Shown: piece by piece, positions 29,919 to 43,450 of the stretch
Numbering within the stretch: position 1 is the first letter of the stretch
Layout of the letters: every line of letters begins with the position of its first letter
Origin: Auanema rhodensis
Taxonomy: Eukaryota; Animalia; Nematoda
Length of the DNA stretch: 64,000 nucleotides
Direction of reading: 5' to 3'
Assembly: GCA_964057225.1 (NCBI GenBank)
Contig: OZ059894.1
Location: forward strand, 248,001-312,000
Notes under the pieces: model-generated
Told to the model about the DNA's origin: nothing
The model's database searches: none
Seen by the model: only the letters and a program-made list of their open reading frames with translations
Position numbers and translations under genes: made by a program

Positions 29919-30622
29919 TACCATGAACCAATATCAATAAAAATTTGTTTTTAGACTAATATGGACATGGGGAATCTAATTTTGGAAACCGCATCTCTTT
30001 ATCTTTCACGTGAAGCGAGTTACATACCAAGTGCACATCACGTGTACATTTAATTAGCATAAATTAAAGTTCACGTAAATTTCAAAGTCATGGTTACCAT
30101 GAACCAATATCAATAAAAGTTTGTTTTTAGACTAATATGGACATGGGGAATCAAATTTTGAAAACCGCATCTCTTTATCTTTCACGTAAAGCGAGTTACA
30201 TACCAAGTGCACATCACGTGTACATTTAATTAGCATAAATTAAAGTTCACGTAAATTTCAAAGTCATGGTTACCATGAACCAATATCAATGAAAATTTGT
30301 TTTTAGACTAATATGGACATGGGGAATCAAATTTTGAAAACCGCATCTCTTTATCTTTCACGTGAAGCGAGTTACATACCAAGTGCACATCACGTGTACA
30401 TTTAATTAGCATAAATTAAAGTTCACGTAAATTTCAAAGTCATGGTTACCATGAACCAATATCAATAAAAATTTGTTTTTAGACTAATATGGACATGGGG
30501 AATCTAATTTTGGAAACCGCATCTCTTTATCTTTCACGTGAAGCGAGTTACATACCAAGTGCACATCACGTGTACATTTAATTAGCATAAATTAAAGTTC
30601 ACGTAAATTTCAAAGTCATGGT

Positions 30623-31854
30623 TACCATGAACCAATATCAATAAAAGTTTGTTTTTAGACTAATATGGACATGGGGAATCAAATTTTGAAAACCGCATCT
30701 CTTTATCTTTCACGTAAAGCGAGTTACATACCAAGTGCACATCACGTGTACATTTAATGAGCATAAATTAAAGTTCACGTAAATTTCAAAGTCATGGTTA
30801 CCATGAACCAATATCAATGAAAATTTGTTTTTAGACTAATATGGACATGGAGAATCAAATTTTGAAAACCGCATCTCTTTATCTTTCACGTGAAGCGAGT
30901 TACATACCAAGTGCACATCACGTGTACATTTAATTAGCATAAATTAAAGTTCACGTAAATTTCAAAGTCATGGTTACCATGAACCAATATCAATAAAAGT
31001 TTGTTTTTAGACTAATATGGACATGGGGAATCAAATTTTGAAAACCGCATCTCTTTATCTTTCACGTAAAGCGAGTTACATACCAAGTGCACATCACGTG
31101 TACATTTAATTAGCATAAATTAAAGTTCACGTAAATTTCAAAGTCATGGTTACCATGAACCAATATCAATGAAAATTTGTTTTTAGACTAATATGGACAT
31201 GGAGAATCAAATTTTGAAAACCGCATCTCTTTATCTTTCACGTGAAGCGAGTTACATACCAAGTGCACATCACGTGTACATTTAATTAGCATAAATTAAA
31301 GTTCACGTAAATTTCAAAGTCATGGTTACCATGAACCAATATCAATAAAAGTTTGTTTTTAGACTAATATGGACATGGGGAATCAAATTTTGAAAACCGC
31401 ATCTCTTTATCTTTCACGTAAAGCGAGTTACATACCAAGTGCACATCACGTGTACATTTAATTAGCATAAATTAAAGTTCACGTAAATTTCAAAGTCATG
31501 GTTACCATGAACCAATATCAATGAAAATTTGTTTTTAGACTAATATGGACATGGAGAATCAAATTTTGAAAACCGCATCTCTTTATCTTTCACGTGAAGC
31601 GAGTTACATACCAAGTGCACATCACGTGTACATTTAATTAGCATAAATTAAAGTTCACGTAAATTTCAAAGTCATGGTTACCATGAACCAATATCAATAA
31701 AAGTTTGTTTTTAGACTAATATGGACATGGGGAATCAAATTTTGAAAACCGCATCTCTTTATCTTTCACGTGAAGCGAGTTACATACCAAGTGCACATCA
31801 CGTGTACATTTAATTAGCATAAATTAAAGTTCACGTAAATTTCAAAGTCATGGT
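30623..31854 (+). repeat. Local dimeric higher-order repeat (352 bp x ~3.5), copy in block B
   Basis: Same X/Y alternation as 12672-13903, including the aatgag marker in the first X. Confidence 0.9.
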
Positions 31855-34318
31855 TACCATGCACCAATATCAATAAAAATTTGTTTTTAGACTAATATGG
31901 ACATGGGGAATCTAATTTTGAAAACCGCATCTCTTTATCTTTCACGTGAAGCGAGTTACATACCAAGTGCACATCACGTGTACATTTAATTAGCATAAAT
32001 TAAAGTTCACGTAAATTTCAAAGTCATGGTTACCATGAACCAATATCAATAAAAATTTGTTTTTAGACTAATATGGACATGGGGAATCTAATTTTGGAAA
32101 CCGCATCTCTTTATCTTTCACGTGAAGCGAGTTACATACCAAGTGCACATCACGTGTACATTTAATTAGCATAAATTAAAGTTCACGTAAATTTCAAAGT
32201 CATGGTTACCATGCACCAATATCAATAAAAATTTGTTTTTAGACTAATATGGACATGGGGAATCTAATTTTGAAAACCGCATCTCTTTATCTTTCACGTG
32301 AAGCGAGTTACATACCAAGTGCACATCACGTGTACATTTAATTAGCATAAATTAAAGTTCACGTAAATTTCAAAGTCATGGTTACCATGAACCAATATCA
32401 ATGAAAATTTGTTTTTAGACTAATATGGACATGGGGAATCAAATTTTGAAAACCGCATCTCTTTATCTTTCACGTGAAGCGAGTTACATACCAAGTGCAC
32501 ATCACGTGTACATTTAATTAGCATAAATTAAAGTTCACGTAAATTTCAAAGTCATGGTTACCATGCACCAATATCAATAAAAATTTGTTTTTAGACTAAT
32601 ATGGACATGGGGAATCTAATTTTGAAAACCGCATCTCTTTATCTTTCACGTGAAGCGAGTTACATACCAAGTGCACATCACGTGTACATTTAATTAGCAT
32701 AAATTAAAGTTCACGTAAATTTCAAAGTCATGGTTACCATGAACCAATATCAATAAAAATTTGTTTTTAGACTAATATGGACATGGGGAATCAAATTTTG
32801 AAAACCGCATCTCTTTATCTTTCACGTGAAGCGAGTTACATACCAAGTGCACATCACGTGTACATTTAATTAGCATAAATTAAAGTTCACGTAAATTTCA
32901 AAGTCATGGTTACCATGAACCAATATCAATAAAAAATTGTTTTTAGACTAATATGGACATGGGGAATCTAATTTTGAAAACCGCATCACTTTATCTTTCA
33001 AGTGAAGCGAGTTACATACCAAGTGCACATCACGTGTACATTTAATTAGCATAAATTAAAGTTCACGTAAATTTCAAAGTCATGGTTACCATGCACCAAT
33101 ATCAATAAAAAATTGTTTTTAGACTAATATGGACATGGGGAATCTAATTTTGAAAACCGCATCTCTTTATCTTTCACGTGAAGCGAGTCACATACCAAGT
33201 GCACATTACGTGTACATTTAATTAGCATAAATTAAAGTTCACGTAAATTTCAAAGTCATGGTTACCATGCACCAATATCAATAAAAATTTGTTTTTAGAC
33301 TAATATGGACATGGGGAATCTAATTTTGAAAACCGCATCTCTTTATCTTTCACGTGAAGCGAGTTACATACCAAGTGCACATCACGTGTACATTTAATTA
33401 GCATAAATTAAAGTTCACGTAAATTTCAAAGTCATGGTTACCATGAACCAATATCAATAAAAATTTGTTTTTAGACTAATATGTACATGGAGAATCTAAT
33501 TTTGAAAACCGCATCTCTTTATCTTTCACGTGAAGCGAGTTACATACCAAGTGCACATCACGTGTACATTTAATTAGCATAAATTAAAGTTCACGTAAAT
33601 TTCAAAGTCATGGTTACCATGCACCAATATCAATAAAAATTTGTTTTTAGACTAATATGGACATGGGGAATCTAATTTTGAAAACCGCATCTCTTTATCT
33701 TTCACGTGAAGCGAGTTACATACCAAGTGCACATCACGTGTACATTTAATTAGCATAAATTAAAGTTCACGTAAATTTCAAAGTCATGGTTACCATGCAC
33801 CAATATCAATAAAAATTTGTTTTTAGACTAATATGGACATGGGGAATATAATTTTGAAAACCGCATCTCTTTATCTTTCACGTGAAGCGAGTTACATACC
33901 AAGTGCACATCACGTGTACATTTAATTAGCATAAATTAAAGTTCACGTAAATTTCAAAGTCATGGTTACCATGAACCAATATCAATAAAAATTTGTTTTT
34001 AGACTAATATGGACATGGGGAATCAAATTTTGAAAACCGCATCTCTTTATCTTTCACGTGAAGCGAGTTACATACCAAGTGCACATCACGTGTACATTTA
34101 ATTAGCATAAATTAAAGTTCACGTAAATTTCAAAGTCATGGTTACCATGAACCAATATTAATAAAAATTTGTTTTTAGACTAATATGGACATGGGGAATC
34201 TAATTTTGAAATTCGCATCACTTTATCTTTCACGTGAAGCGAGTTACATACCAAGTGCACATCACGTGTACATTTAATTAGCATAAATTAAAGTTCACGT
34301 AAATTTCAAAGTCATGGT

Positions 34319-34630
34319 TACCATGCACCAATATCAATAAAAATTTGTTTTTAGACTAATATGGACATGGGGAATCTAATTTTGAAAACCGCATCTCTTC
34401 ATCTTTCACGTGAAGCGAGTTACATACCAAGTGCACATCACGTGTACATTTAATTAGCATAAATTAAAGTTCACGTAAATTTGTTTTTAGACTAATATGG
34501 ACATGGGGAATCTAATTTTGAAAACCGCATCTCTTTATCTTTCACGTGAAGCGAGTTACATACCAAGTGCACATCACGTGTACATTTAATTAGCATAAAT
34601 TAAAGTTCACGTAAATTTCAAAGTCATGGT
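34319..34630 (+). repeat. Fused monomer pair with 40-bp deletion (312 bp instead of 352), copy 1
   Basis: Junction tcacgt-aaattt-gtttttag, with AAATTT at 34477-34482. The next monomer starts at 34631 rather than 34671. Linked ctcttcatc SNP at 34400. Confidence 0.97.
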
Positions 34631-35519
34631 TACCATGAACCAATATCAATAAAAATTTGTTTTTAGACTAATATGGACATGGGGAATCTAATTTTGAAAA
34701 CCGCATCTCTTTATCTTTCACGTGAAGCGAGTTACATACCAAGTGCACATCACGTGTACATTTAATTAGCATAAATCAAAGTTCACGTAAATTTCAAAGT
34801 CATGGTTACCATGCACCAATATCAATAAAAATTTGTTTTTAGACTAATATGGACATGGGGAATCTAATTTTGAAAACCGCATCTCTTTATCTTTCACGTG
34901 AAGCGAGTTACATACCAAGTGCACATCACGTGTACATTTAATTAGCATAAATTAAAGTTCACGTAAATTTCAAAGTCATGGTTACCATGAACCAATATCA
35001 ATAAAAATTTGTTTTTAGACTAATATGTACATGGAGAATCTAATTTTGAAAACCGCATCTCTTTATCTTTCACGTGAAGCGAGTTACATACCAAGTGCAC
35101 ATCACGTGTACATTTAATTAGCATAAATTAAAGTTCACGTAAATTTCAAAGTCATGGTTACCATGCACCAATATCAATAAAAATTTGTTTTTAGACTAAT
35201 ATGGACATGGGGAATCTAATTTTGAAAACCGCATCTCTTTATCTTTCACGTGAAGCGAGTTACATACCAAGTGCACATCACGTGTACATTTAATTAGCAT
35301 AAATTAAAGTTCACGTAAATTTCAAAGTCATGGTTACCATGCACCAATATCAATAAAAATTTGTTTTTAGACTAATATGGACATGGGGAATATAATTTTG
35401 AAAACCGCATCTCTTTATCTTTCACGTGAAGCGAGTTACATACCAAGTGCACATCACGTGTACATTTAATTAGCATAAATTAAAGTTCACGTAAATTTCA
35501 AAGTCATGGTTACCATGAA

Positions 35520-38500
35520 CCAATATCAATAAAAATTTGTTTTTAGACTAATATGGACATGGGGAATCAAATTTTGAAAACCGCATCTCTTTATCTTTCA
35601 CGTGAAGCGAGTTACATACCAAGTGCACATCACGTGTACATTTAATTAGCATAAATTAAAGTTCACGTAAATTTCAAAGTCATGGTTACCATGAACCAAT
35701 ATTAATAAAAATTTGTTTTTAGACTAATATGGACATGGGGAATCTAATTTTGAAATTCGCATCACTTTATCTTTCACGTGAAGCGAGTTACATACCAAGT
35801 GCACATCACGTGTACATTTAATTAGCATAAATTAAAGTTCACGTAAATTTCAAAGTCATGGTTACCATGCACCAATATCAATAAAAATTTGTTTTTAGAC
35901 TAATATGGACATGGGGAATCTAATTTTGAAAACCGCATCTCTTTATCTTTCACGTGAATCGAGTTACATACCAAGTGCACATCACGTGTACATTTAATTA
36001 GCATAAATTAAAGTTCACGTAAATTTCAAAGTCATGGTTACCATGAACCAATATCAATAAAAATTTGTTTTTAGACTAATATGGACATGGGGAATCTAAT
36101 TTTGAAAACCGCATCTCTTCATCTTTCACGTGAAGCGAGTTACATACCAAGTGCACATCACGTGTACATTTAATTAGCATAAATTAAAGTTCACGTAAAT
36201 TTGTTTTTAGACTAATATGGACATGGGGAATCTAATTTTGAAAACCGCATCTCTTTATCTTTCACGTGAAGCGAGTTACATACCAAGTGCACATCACGTG
36301 TACATTTAATTAGCATAAATTAAAGTTCACGTAAATTTCAAAGTCATGGTTACCATGAACCAATATCAATAAAAATTTGTTTTTAGACTAATATGGACAT
36401 GGGGAATCTAATTTTGAAAACCGCATCTCTTTATCTTTCACGTGAAGCGAGTTACATACCAAGTGCACATCACGTGTACATTTAATTAGCATAAATCAAA
36501 GTTCACGTAAATTTCAAAGTCATGGTTACCATGAACCAATATCAATAAAAATTTGTTTTTAGACTAATATGGACATGGGGAATCTAATTTTGAAAACCGC
36601 ATCTCTTTATCTTTCACGTGAAGCGAGTTACATACCAAGTGCACATCACGTGTACATTTAATTAGCATAAATCAAAGTTCACGTAAATTTCAAAGTCATG
36701 GTTACCATGAACCAATATCAATAAAAATTTGTTTTTAGACTAAGATGGACATGGGGAATCTAATTTTGAAAACCGCATCTCTTTATCTTTCACGTGAACC
36801 GAGTTACATACCAAGTGCACATCACGTGTACATTTAATTAGCATAAATTAAAGTTCACGTAAATTTCAAAGTCATGGTTACCATGAACCAATATCAATAA
36901 AAATTTGTTTTTAGACTAATATGTACATGGGGAATTTTATTTTGAAAACCGCATCTCTTTATCTTTCACGTGAAGCGAGTTACATACCAAGTGCACATCA
37001 CGTGTACATTTAATTAGCATAAATTAAAGTTCACGTAAATTTCAAAGACATGGTTACCATGAACCAATATCAATGAAAATTTGTTTTTAGACTAATATGG
37101 ACATGGGGAATCTAATTTTGAAAACCGCATCTCTTTATCTTTCACGTGAAGCGAGTTACATACCAAGTGCACATCACGTGTACATTTAATTAGCATAAAT
37201 TAAAGTTCACGTAAATTTCAAAGTCATTGTTACCATGCACCAATATCAATAAAAATTTGTTTTTAGACTAATATGGACATGGGGAATCTTATTTTGAAAA
37301 CCGCATCTCTTTATCTTTCACGTGAAGCGAGTTACATACCAAGTGCACATCACGTGTACATTTAATTAGCATAAATTAAAGTTCACGTAAATTTCAAAGT
37401 CATGGTTACCATGCACCAATATCAATAAAAATTTGTTTTTAGACTAATATGAACATGGGGAATCTAATTTTGAAAACCGCATCTCTTTATCTTTCACGTG
37501 AAGCGAGTTACATACCAAGTGCACATCACGTGTACATTTAATTAGCATAAATTAAAGTTCACGTAAATTTTAAAGACATGGTTACCATGAACCAATATCA
37601 ATGAAAATTTGTTTTTAGACTAATATGGACATGGGGAATCTAATTTTGAAAACCGCATCTCTTTATCTTTCACGTGAAGCGAGTTACATACCAAGTGCAC
37701 ATCACGTGTACATTTAATTAGCATAAATTAAAGTTCACGTAAATTTCAAAGTCATGGTTACCATGCACCAATATCAATAAAAATTTGTTTTTAGACTAAT
37801 ATGGACATGGGGAATCTTATTTTGAAAACCGCATCTCTTTATCTTTCACGTGAAGCGAGTTACATACAAAGTGCACATCACGTGTACATTTAATTAGCAT
37901 AAATTAAAGTTCACGTAAATTTCAAAGTCATGGTTACCATGCACCAATATCAATAAAAATTTGTTTTTAGACTAATATGTACATGGGGAATTTTATTTTG
38001 AAAACCGCATCTCTTTATCTTTCACGTGAAGCGAGTTACATACCAAGTGCACATCACGTGTACATTTAATTAGCATAAATTAAAGTTCACGTAAATTTCA
38101 AAGTCATGGTTACCATGCACCAATATCAATAAAAATTTGTTTTTAGACTAATATGGACATGGGGAATCTAATTTTGAAAACCGCATCTCTTTATCTTTCA
38201 CGTGAAGCGAGTTACATACCAAGTGCACATCACGTGTACATTTAATTAGCATTAATTAAAGTTCACGTAAATTTCAAAGTCATGGTTACCATGAACCAAT
38301 ATCAATAAAAATTTGTTTTTAGACTAATATGGACATGGGGAATCTGATTTTGAAAACCGCATCTCTTTATCTTTCACGTGAAGCGAGTTACATACCAAGT
38401 GCACATCACGTGTACATTTAATTAGCATAAATTAAAGTTCACGTAAATTTCAAAGTCATGGTTACCATGAACTAATATCAATTAAAATTTGTTTTTAGAC

Positions 38501-39170
38501 TAATATGGACATGGGGAATCTAATTTTGAAAACCGCATCTCTTTATCTTTCACGTGAAGCGAGTTACATACCAAGTGCACATCACGTGTACATTTAATTA
38601 GCATAAATTAAAGTTCACGTAAATTTCAAAGTCATGGTTACCATGAACCAATATCAATAAAAATTTGTTTTTAGACTAATATGGACATGGGGAATCTAAT
38701 TTTGAAAACCGCATCTCTTTATCTTTCACGTGAAGCGAGTTACATACCAAGTGCACATCACGTGTACATTTAATTAGCATAAATCAAAGTTCACGTAAAT
38801 TTCAAAGTCATGGTTACCATGAACCAATATCAATAAAAATTTGTTTTTAGACTAATATGGACATGGGGAATCTAATTTTGAAAACCGCATCTCTTTATCT
38901 TTCACGTGAACCGAGTTACATACCAAGTGCACATCACGTGTACATTTAATTAGCATAAATTAAAGTTCACGTAAATTTCAAAGTCATGGTTACCATGAAC
39001 CAATATCAATAAAAATTTGTTTTTAGACTAATATGGACATGGGAAATCTAATTTTGAAAACCGCATCTCTTTATCTTTCACGTGAAGCGAGTTACATACC
39101 AAGTGCACATCACGTGTACATTTAATTAGCATAAATTAAAGTTCACGTAAATTTCAAAGTCATGGTTACC
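35520..39170 (+). repeat. ~3.6 kb block (about 21 monomers) duplicated at ~46000-49650
   Basis: The ordered markers aattcgcatcac, gaatcgag, 40-bp deletion, aaatcaaa x2, gaaccg, gtcattgt, ttttaaagac, aatctgat, caattaaa and gggaaat recur at offset 10480 (60x176-80). Confidence 0.9.
36039..36350 (+). repeat. Fused monomer pair with 40-bp deletion, copy 2
   Basis: Identical junction, AAATTT at 36197-36202; linked ctcttcatc SNP at 36120. Confidence 0.97.
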
Positions 39171-40750
39171 ATTAACCAATATCAATAAAAATTTGTTTTT
39201 AGACTAATATGGACATGGGGAATCTAATTTTGAAAACCGCATCTCTTTATCTTTCACGTGAAGCGAGTTACATACCAAGTGCACATCACGTGTACATTTA
39301 ATTAGCATAAATTAAAGTTCACGTAAATTTCAAAGTCATGGTTACCATGCACCAATATCAATAAAAATTTGTTTTTAGACTAATATGAACATGTGGAATC
39401 TAATTTTGAAAACCGCATCTCTTTATCTTTCACGTGAAGCGAGTTACATACCAAGTGCACATCACGTGTACATTTAATTAGAATAAATTAAAGTTCACGT
39501 AAATTTCAAAGTCATGGTTACCATGAACCAATATCAATGAAAATTTGTTTTTAGACTAATATGTACATGGGGAATTTTATTTTGAAAACCGCATCTCTTT
39601 ATCTTTCACGTGAAGCGAGTTACATACCAAGTGCACATCACGTGTACATTTAATTAGCATAAATTAAAGTTCACGTAAATTTCAAAGTCATGGTTACCAT
39701 GAACCAATATCAATAAAAATTTGTTTTTAGACTAATATGTACATGGAGAATCTAATTTTGAAAACCGCATCTCTTTATCTTTCACGTGAAGCGAGTTACA
39801 TACCAAGTGCACATCACGTGTACATTTAATTAGCATAAATTAAAGTTCACGTAAATTTCAAAGTCATGGTTACCATGCACCAATATCAATAAAAATTTGT
39901 TTTTAGACTAATATGGACATGGGGAATCTAATTTTGAAAACCGCATCTCTTTATCTTTCACGTGAAGCGAGTTACATACCAAGTGCACATCACGTGTACA
40001 TTTAATTAGCATAAATTAAAGTTCACGTAAATTTCAAAGTCATGGTTACCATGCACCAATATCAATAAAAATTTGTTTTTAGACTAATATGGACATGGGG
40101 AATATAATTTTGAAAACCGCATCTCTTTATCTTTCACGTGAAGCGAGTTACATACCAAGTGCACATCACGTGTACATTTAATTAGCATAAATTAAAGTTC
40201 ACGTAAATTTCAAAGTCATGGTTACCATGAACCAATATCAATAAAAATTTGTTTTTAGACTAATATGGACATGGGGAATCAAATTTTGAAAACCGCATCT
40301 CTTTATCTTTCACGTGAAGCGAGTTACATACCAAGTGCACATCACGTGTACATTTAATTAGCATAAATTAAAGTTCACGTAAATTTCAAAGTCATGGTTA
40401 CCATGAACCAATATTAATAAAAATTTGTTTTTAGACTAATATGGACATGGGGAATCTAATTTTGAAATTCGCATCACTTTATCTTTCACGTGAAGCGAGT
40501 TACATACCAAGTGCACATCACGTGTACATTTAATTAGCATAAATTAAAGTTCACGTAAATTTCAAAGTCATGGTTACCATGCACCAATATCAATAAAAAT
40601 TTGTTTTTAGACTAATATGGACATGGGGAATCTAATTTTGAAAACCGCATCTCTTTATCTTTCACGTGAATCGAGTTACATACCAAGTGCACATCACGTG
40701 TACATTTAATTAGCATAAATTAAAGTTCACGTAAATTTCAAAGTCATGGT

Positions 40751-41062
40751 TACCATGAACCAATATCAATAAAAATTTGTTTTTAGACTAATATGGACAT
40801 GGGGAATCTAATTTTGAAAACCGCATCTCTTCATCTTTCACGTGAAGCGAGTTACATACCAAGTGCACATCACGTGTACATTTAATTAGCATAAATTAAA
40901 GTTCACGTAAATTTGTTTTTAGACTAATATGGACATGGGGAATCTAATTTTGAAAACCGCATCTCTTTATCTTTCACGTGAAGCGAGTTACATACCAAGT
41001 GCACATCACGTGTACATTTAATTAGCATAAATTAAAGTTCACGTAAATTTCAAAGTCATGGT
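40751..41062 (+). repeat. Fused monomer pair with 40-bp deletion, copy 3
   Basis: Identical junction, AAATTT at 40909-40914; linked ctcttcatc SNP at 40832. Confidence 0.97.
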
Positions 41063-41689
41063 TACCATGCACCAATATCAATAAAAATTTGTTTTTAGAC
41101 TAATATGGACATGGGGAATCTAATTTTGAAAACCGCATCTCTTTATCTTTCACGTGAAGCGAGTTACATACCAAGTGCACATCACGTGTACATTTAATTA
41201 GCATAAATTAAAGTTCACGTAAATTTCAAAGTCATGGTTACCATGAACCAATATCAATAAAAATTTGTTTTTAGACTAATATGGACATGGGGAATCTAAT
41301 TTTGAAAACCGCATCTCTTTATCTTTCACGTGAAGCGAGTTACATACCAAGTGCACATCACGTGTACATTTAATTAGCATAAATTAAAGTTCACGTAAAT
41401 TTTAAAGACATGGTTACCATGAACCAATATCAATGAAAATTTGTTTTTAGACTAATATGGACATGGGGAATCTAATTTTGAAAACCGCATCTCTTTATCT
41501 TTCACGTGAAGCGAGTTACATACCAAGTGCACATCACGTGTACATTTAATTAGCATAAATTAAAGTTCACGTAAATTTCAAAGTCATGGTTACCATGCAC
41601 CAATATCAATAAAAATTTGTTTTTAGACTAATATGGACATGGGGAATCTTATTTTGAAAACCGCATCTCTTTATCTTTCACGTGAAGCG

Positions 41690-43450
41690 AGTTACATACA
41701 AAGTGCACATCACGTGTACATTTAATTAGCATAAATTAAAGTTCACGTAAATTTCAAAGTCATGGTTACCATGCACCAATATCAATAAAAATTTGTTTTT
41801 AGACTAATATGTACATGGGGAATTTTATTTTGAAAACCGCATCTCTTTATCTTTCACGTGAAGCGAGTTACATACCAAGTGCACATCACGTGTACATTTA
41901 ATTAGCATAAATTAAAGTTCACGTAAATTTCAAAGTCATGGTTACCATGCACTAATATCAATAAAAATTTGTTTTTAGACTAATATGGACATGGGGAATC
42001 TAATTTTGAAAACCGCATCTCTTTATCTTTCACGTGAAGCGAGTTACATACCAAGTGCACATCACGTGTACATTTAATTAGCATTAATTAAAGTTCACGT
42101 AAATTTCAAAGTCATGGTTACCATGAACCAATATCAATAAAAATTTGTTTTTAGACTAATATGGACATGGGGAATCTGATTTTGAAAACCGCATCTCTTT
42201 ATCTTTCACGTGAAGCGAGTTACATACCAAGTGCACATCACGTGTACATTTAATTAGCATAAATTAAAGTTCACGTAAATTTCAAAGTCATGGTTACCAT
42301 GAACTAATATCAATTAAAATTTGTTTTTAGACTAATATGGACATGGGGAATCTAATTTTGAAAACCGCATCTCTTTATCTTTCACGTGAAGCGAGTTACA
42401 TACCAAGTGCACATCACGTGTACATTTAATTAGCATTAATTAAAGTTCACGTAAATTTCAAAGTCATGGTTACCATGAACCAATATCAATAAAAATTTGT
42501 TTTTAGACTAATATGGACATGGGGAATCTAATTTTGAAAACCGCATCTCTTTATCTTTCACGTGAAGCGAGTTACATACAAAGTGCACATCACGTGTACA
42601 TTTAATTAGCATAAATTAAAGTTCACGTAAATTTCAAAGTCATGGTTACCATGCACCAATATCAATAAAAATTTGTTTTTAGACTAATATGTACATGGGG
42701 AATTTTATTTTGAAAACCGCATCTCTTTATCTTTCACGTGAAGCGAGTTACATACCAAGTGCACATCACGTGTACATTTAATTAGCATAAATTAAAGTTC
42801 ACGTAAATTTCAAAGTCATGGTTACCATGCACCAATATCAATAAAAATTTGTTTTTAGACTAATATGGACATGGGGAATCTAATTTTGAAAACCGCATCT
42901 CTTTATCTTTCACGTGAAGCGAGTTACATACCAAGTGCACATCACGTGTACATTTAATTAGCATTAATTAAAGTTCACGTAAATTTCAAAGTCATGGTTA
43001 CCATGAACCAATATCAATAAAAATTTGTTTTTAGACTAATATGGACATGGGGAATCTGATTTTGAAAACCGCATCTCTTTATCTTTCACGTGAAGCGAGT
43101 TACATACCAAGTGCACATCACGTGTACATTTAATTAGCATAAATTAAAGTTCACGTAAATTTCAAAGTCATGGTTACCATGAACTAATATCAATTAAAAT
43201 TTGTTTTTAGACTAATATGGACATGGGGAATCTAATTTTGAAAACCGCATCTCTTTATCTTTCACGTGAAGCGAGTTACATACCAAGTGCACATCACGTG
43301 TACATTTAATTAGCATTAATTAAAGTTCACGTAAATTTCAAAGTCATGGTTACCATGAACCAATATCAATAAAAATTTGTTTTTAGACTAATATGGACAT
43401 GGGGAATCTAATTTTGAAAACCGCATCTCTTTATCTTTCACGTGAAGCGA
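41690..43450 (+). repeat. Local pentameric higher-order repeat (880 bp x ~2)
   Basis: The series tacaaa / gcac+gtac+tttta / gcatta / aatctgat / gaact+caatta+gcatta repeats at an 880-bp offset (e.g. monomers 42119 and 42999). Confidence 0.8.

Larger units (their letters stand above)
18480..34370 (+). repeat. Large duplicated block, copy B (~90 monomers)
   Basis: Same ordered variant series as 353-16420. The shared 1-bp deletion at ~11822 and ~29773 is 17951 bp apart (102x176-1). Confidence 0.93.
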
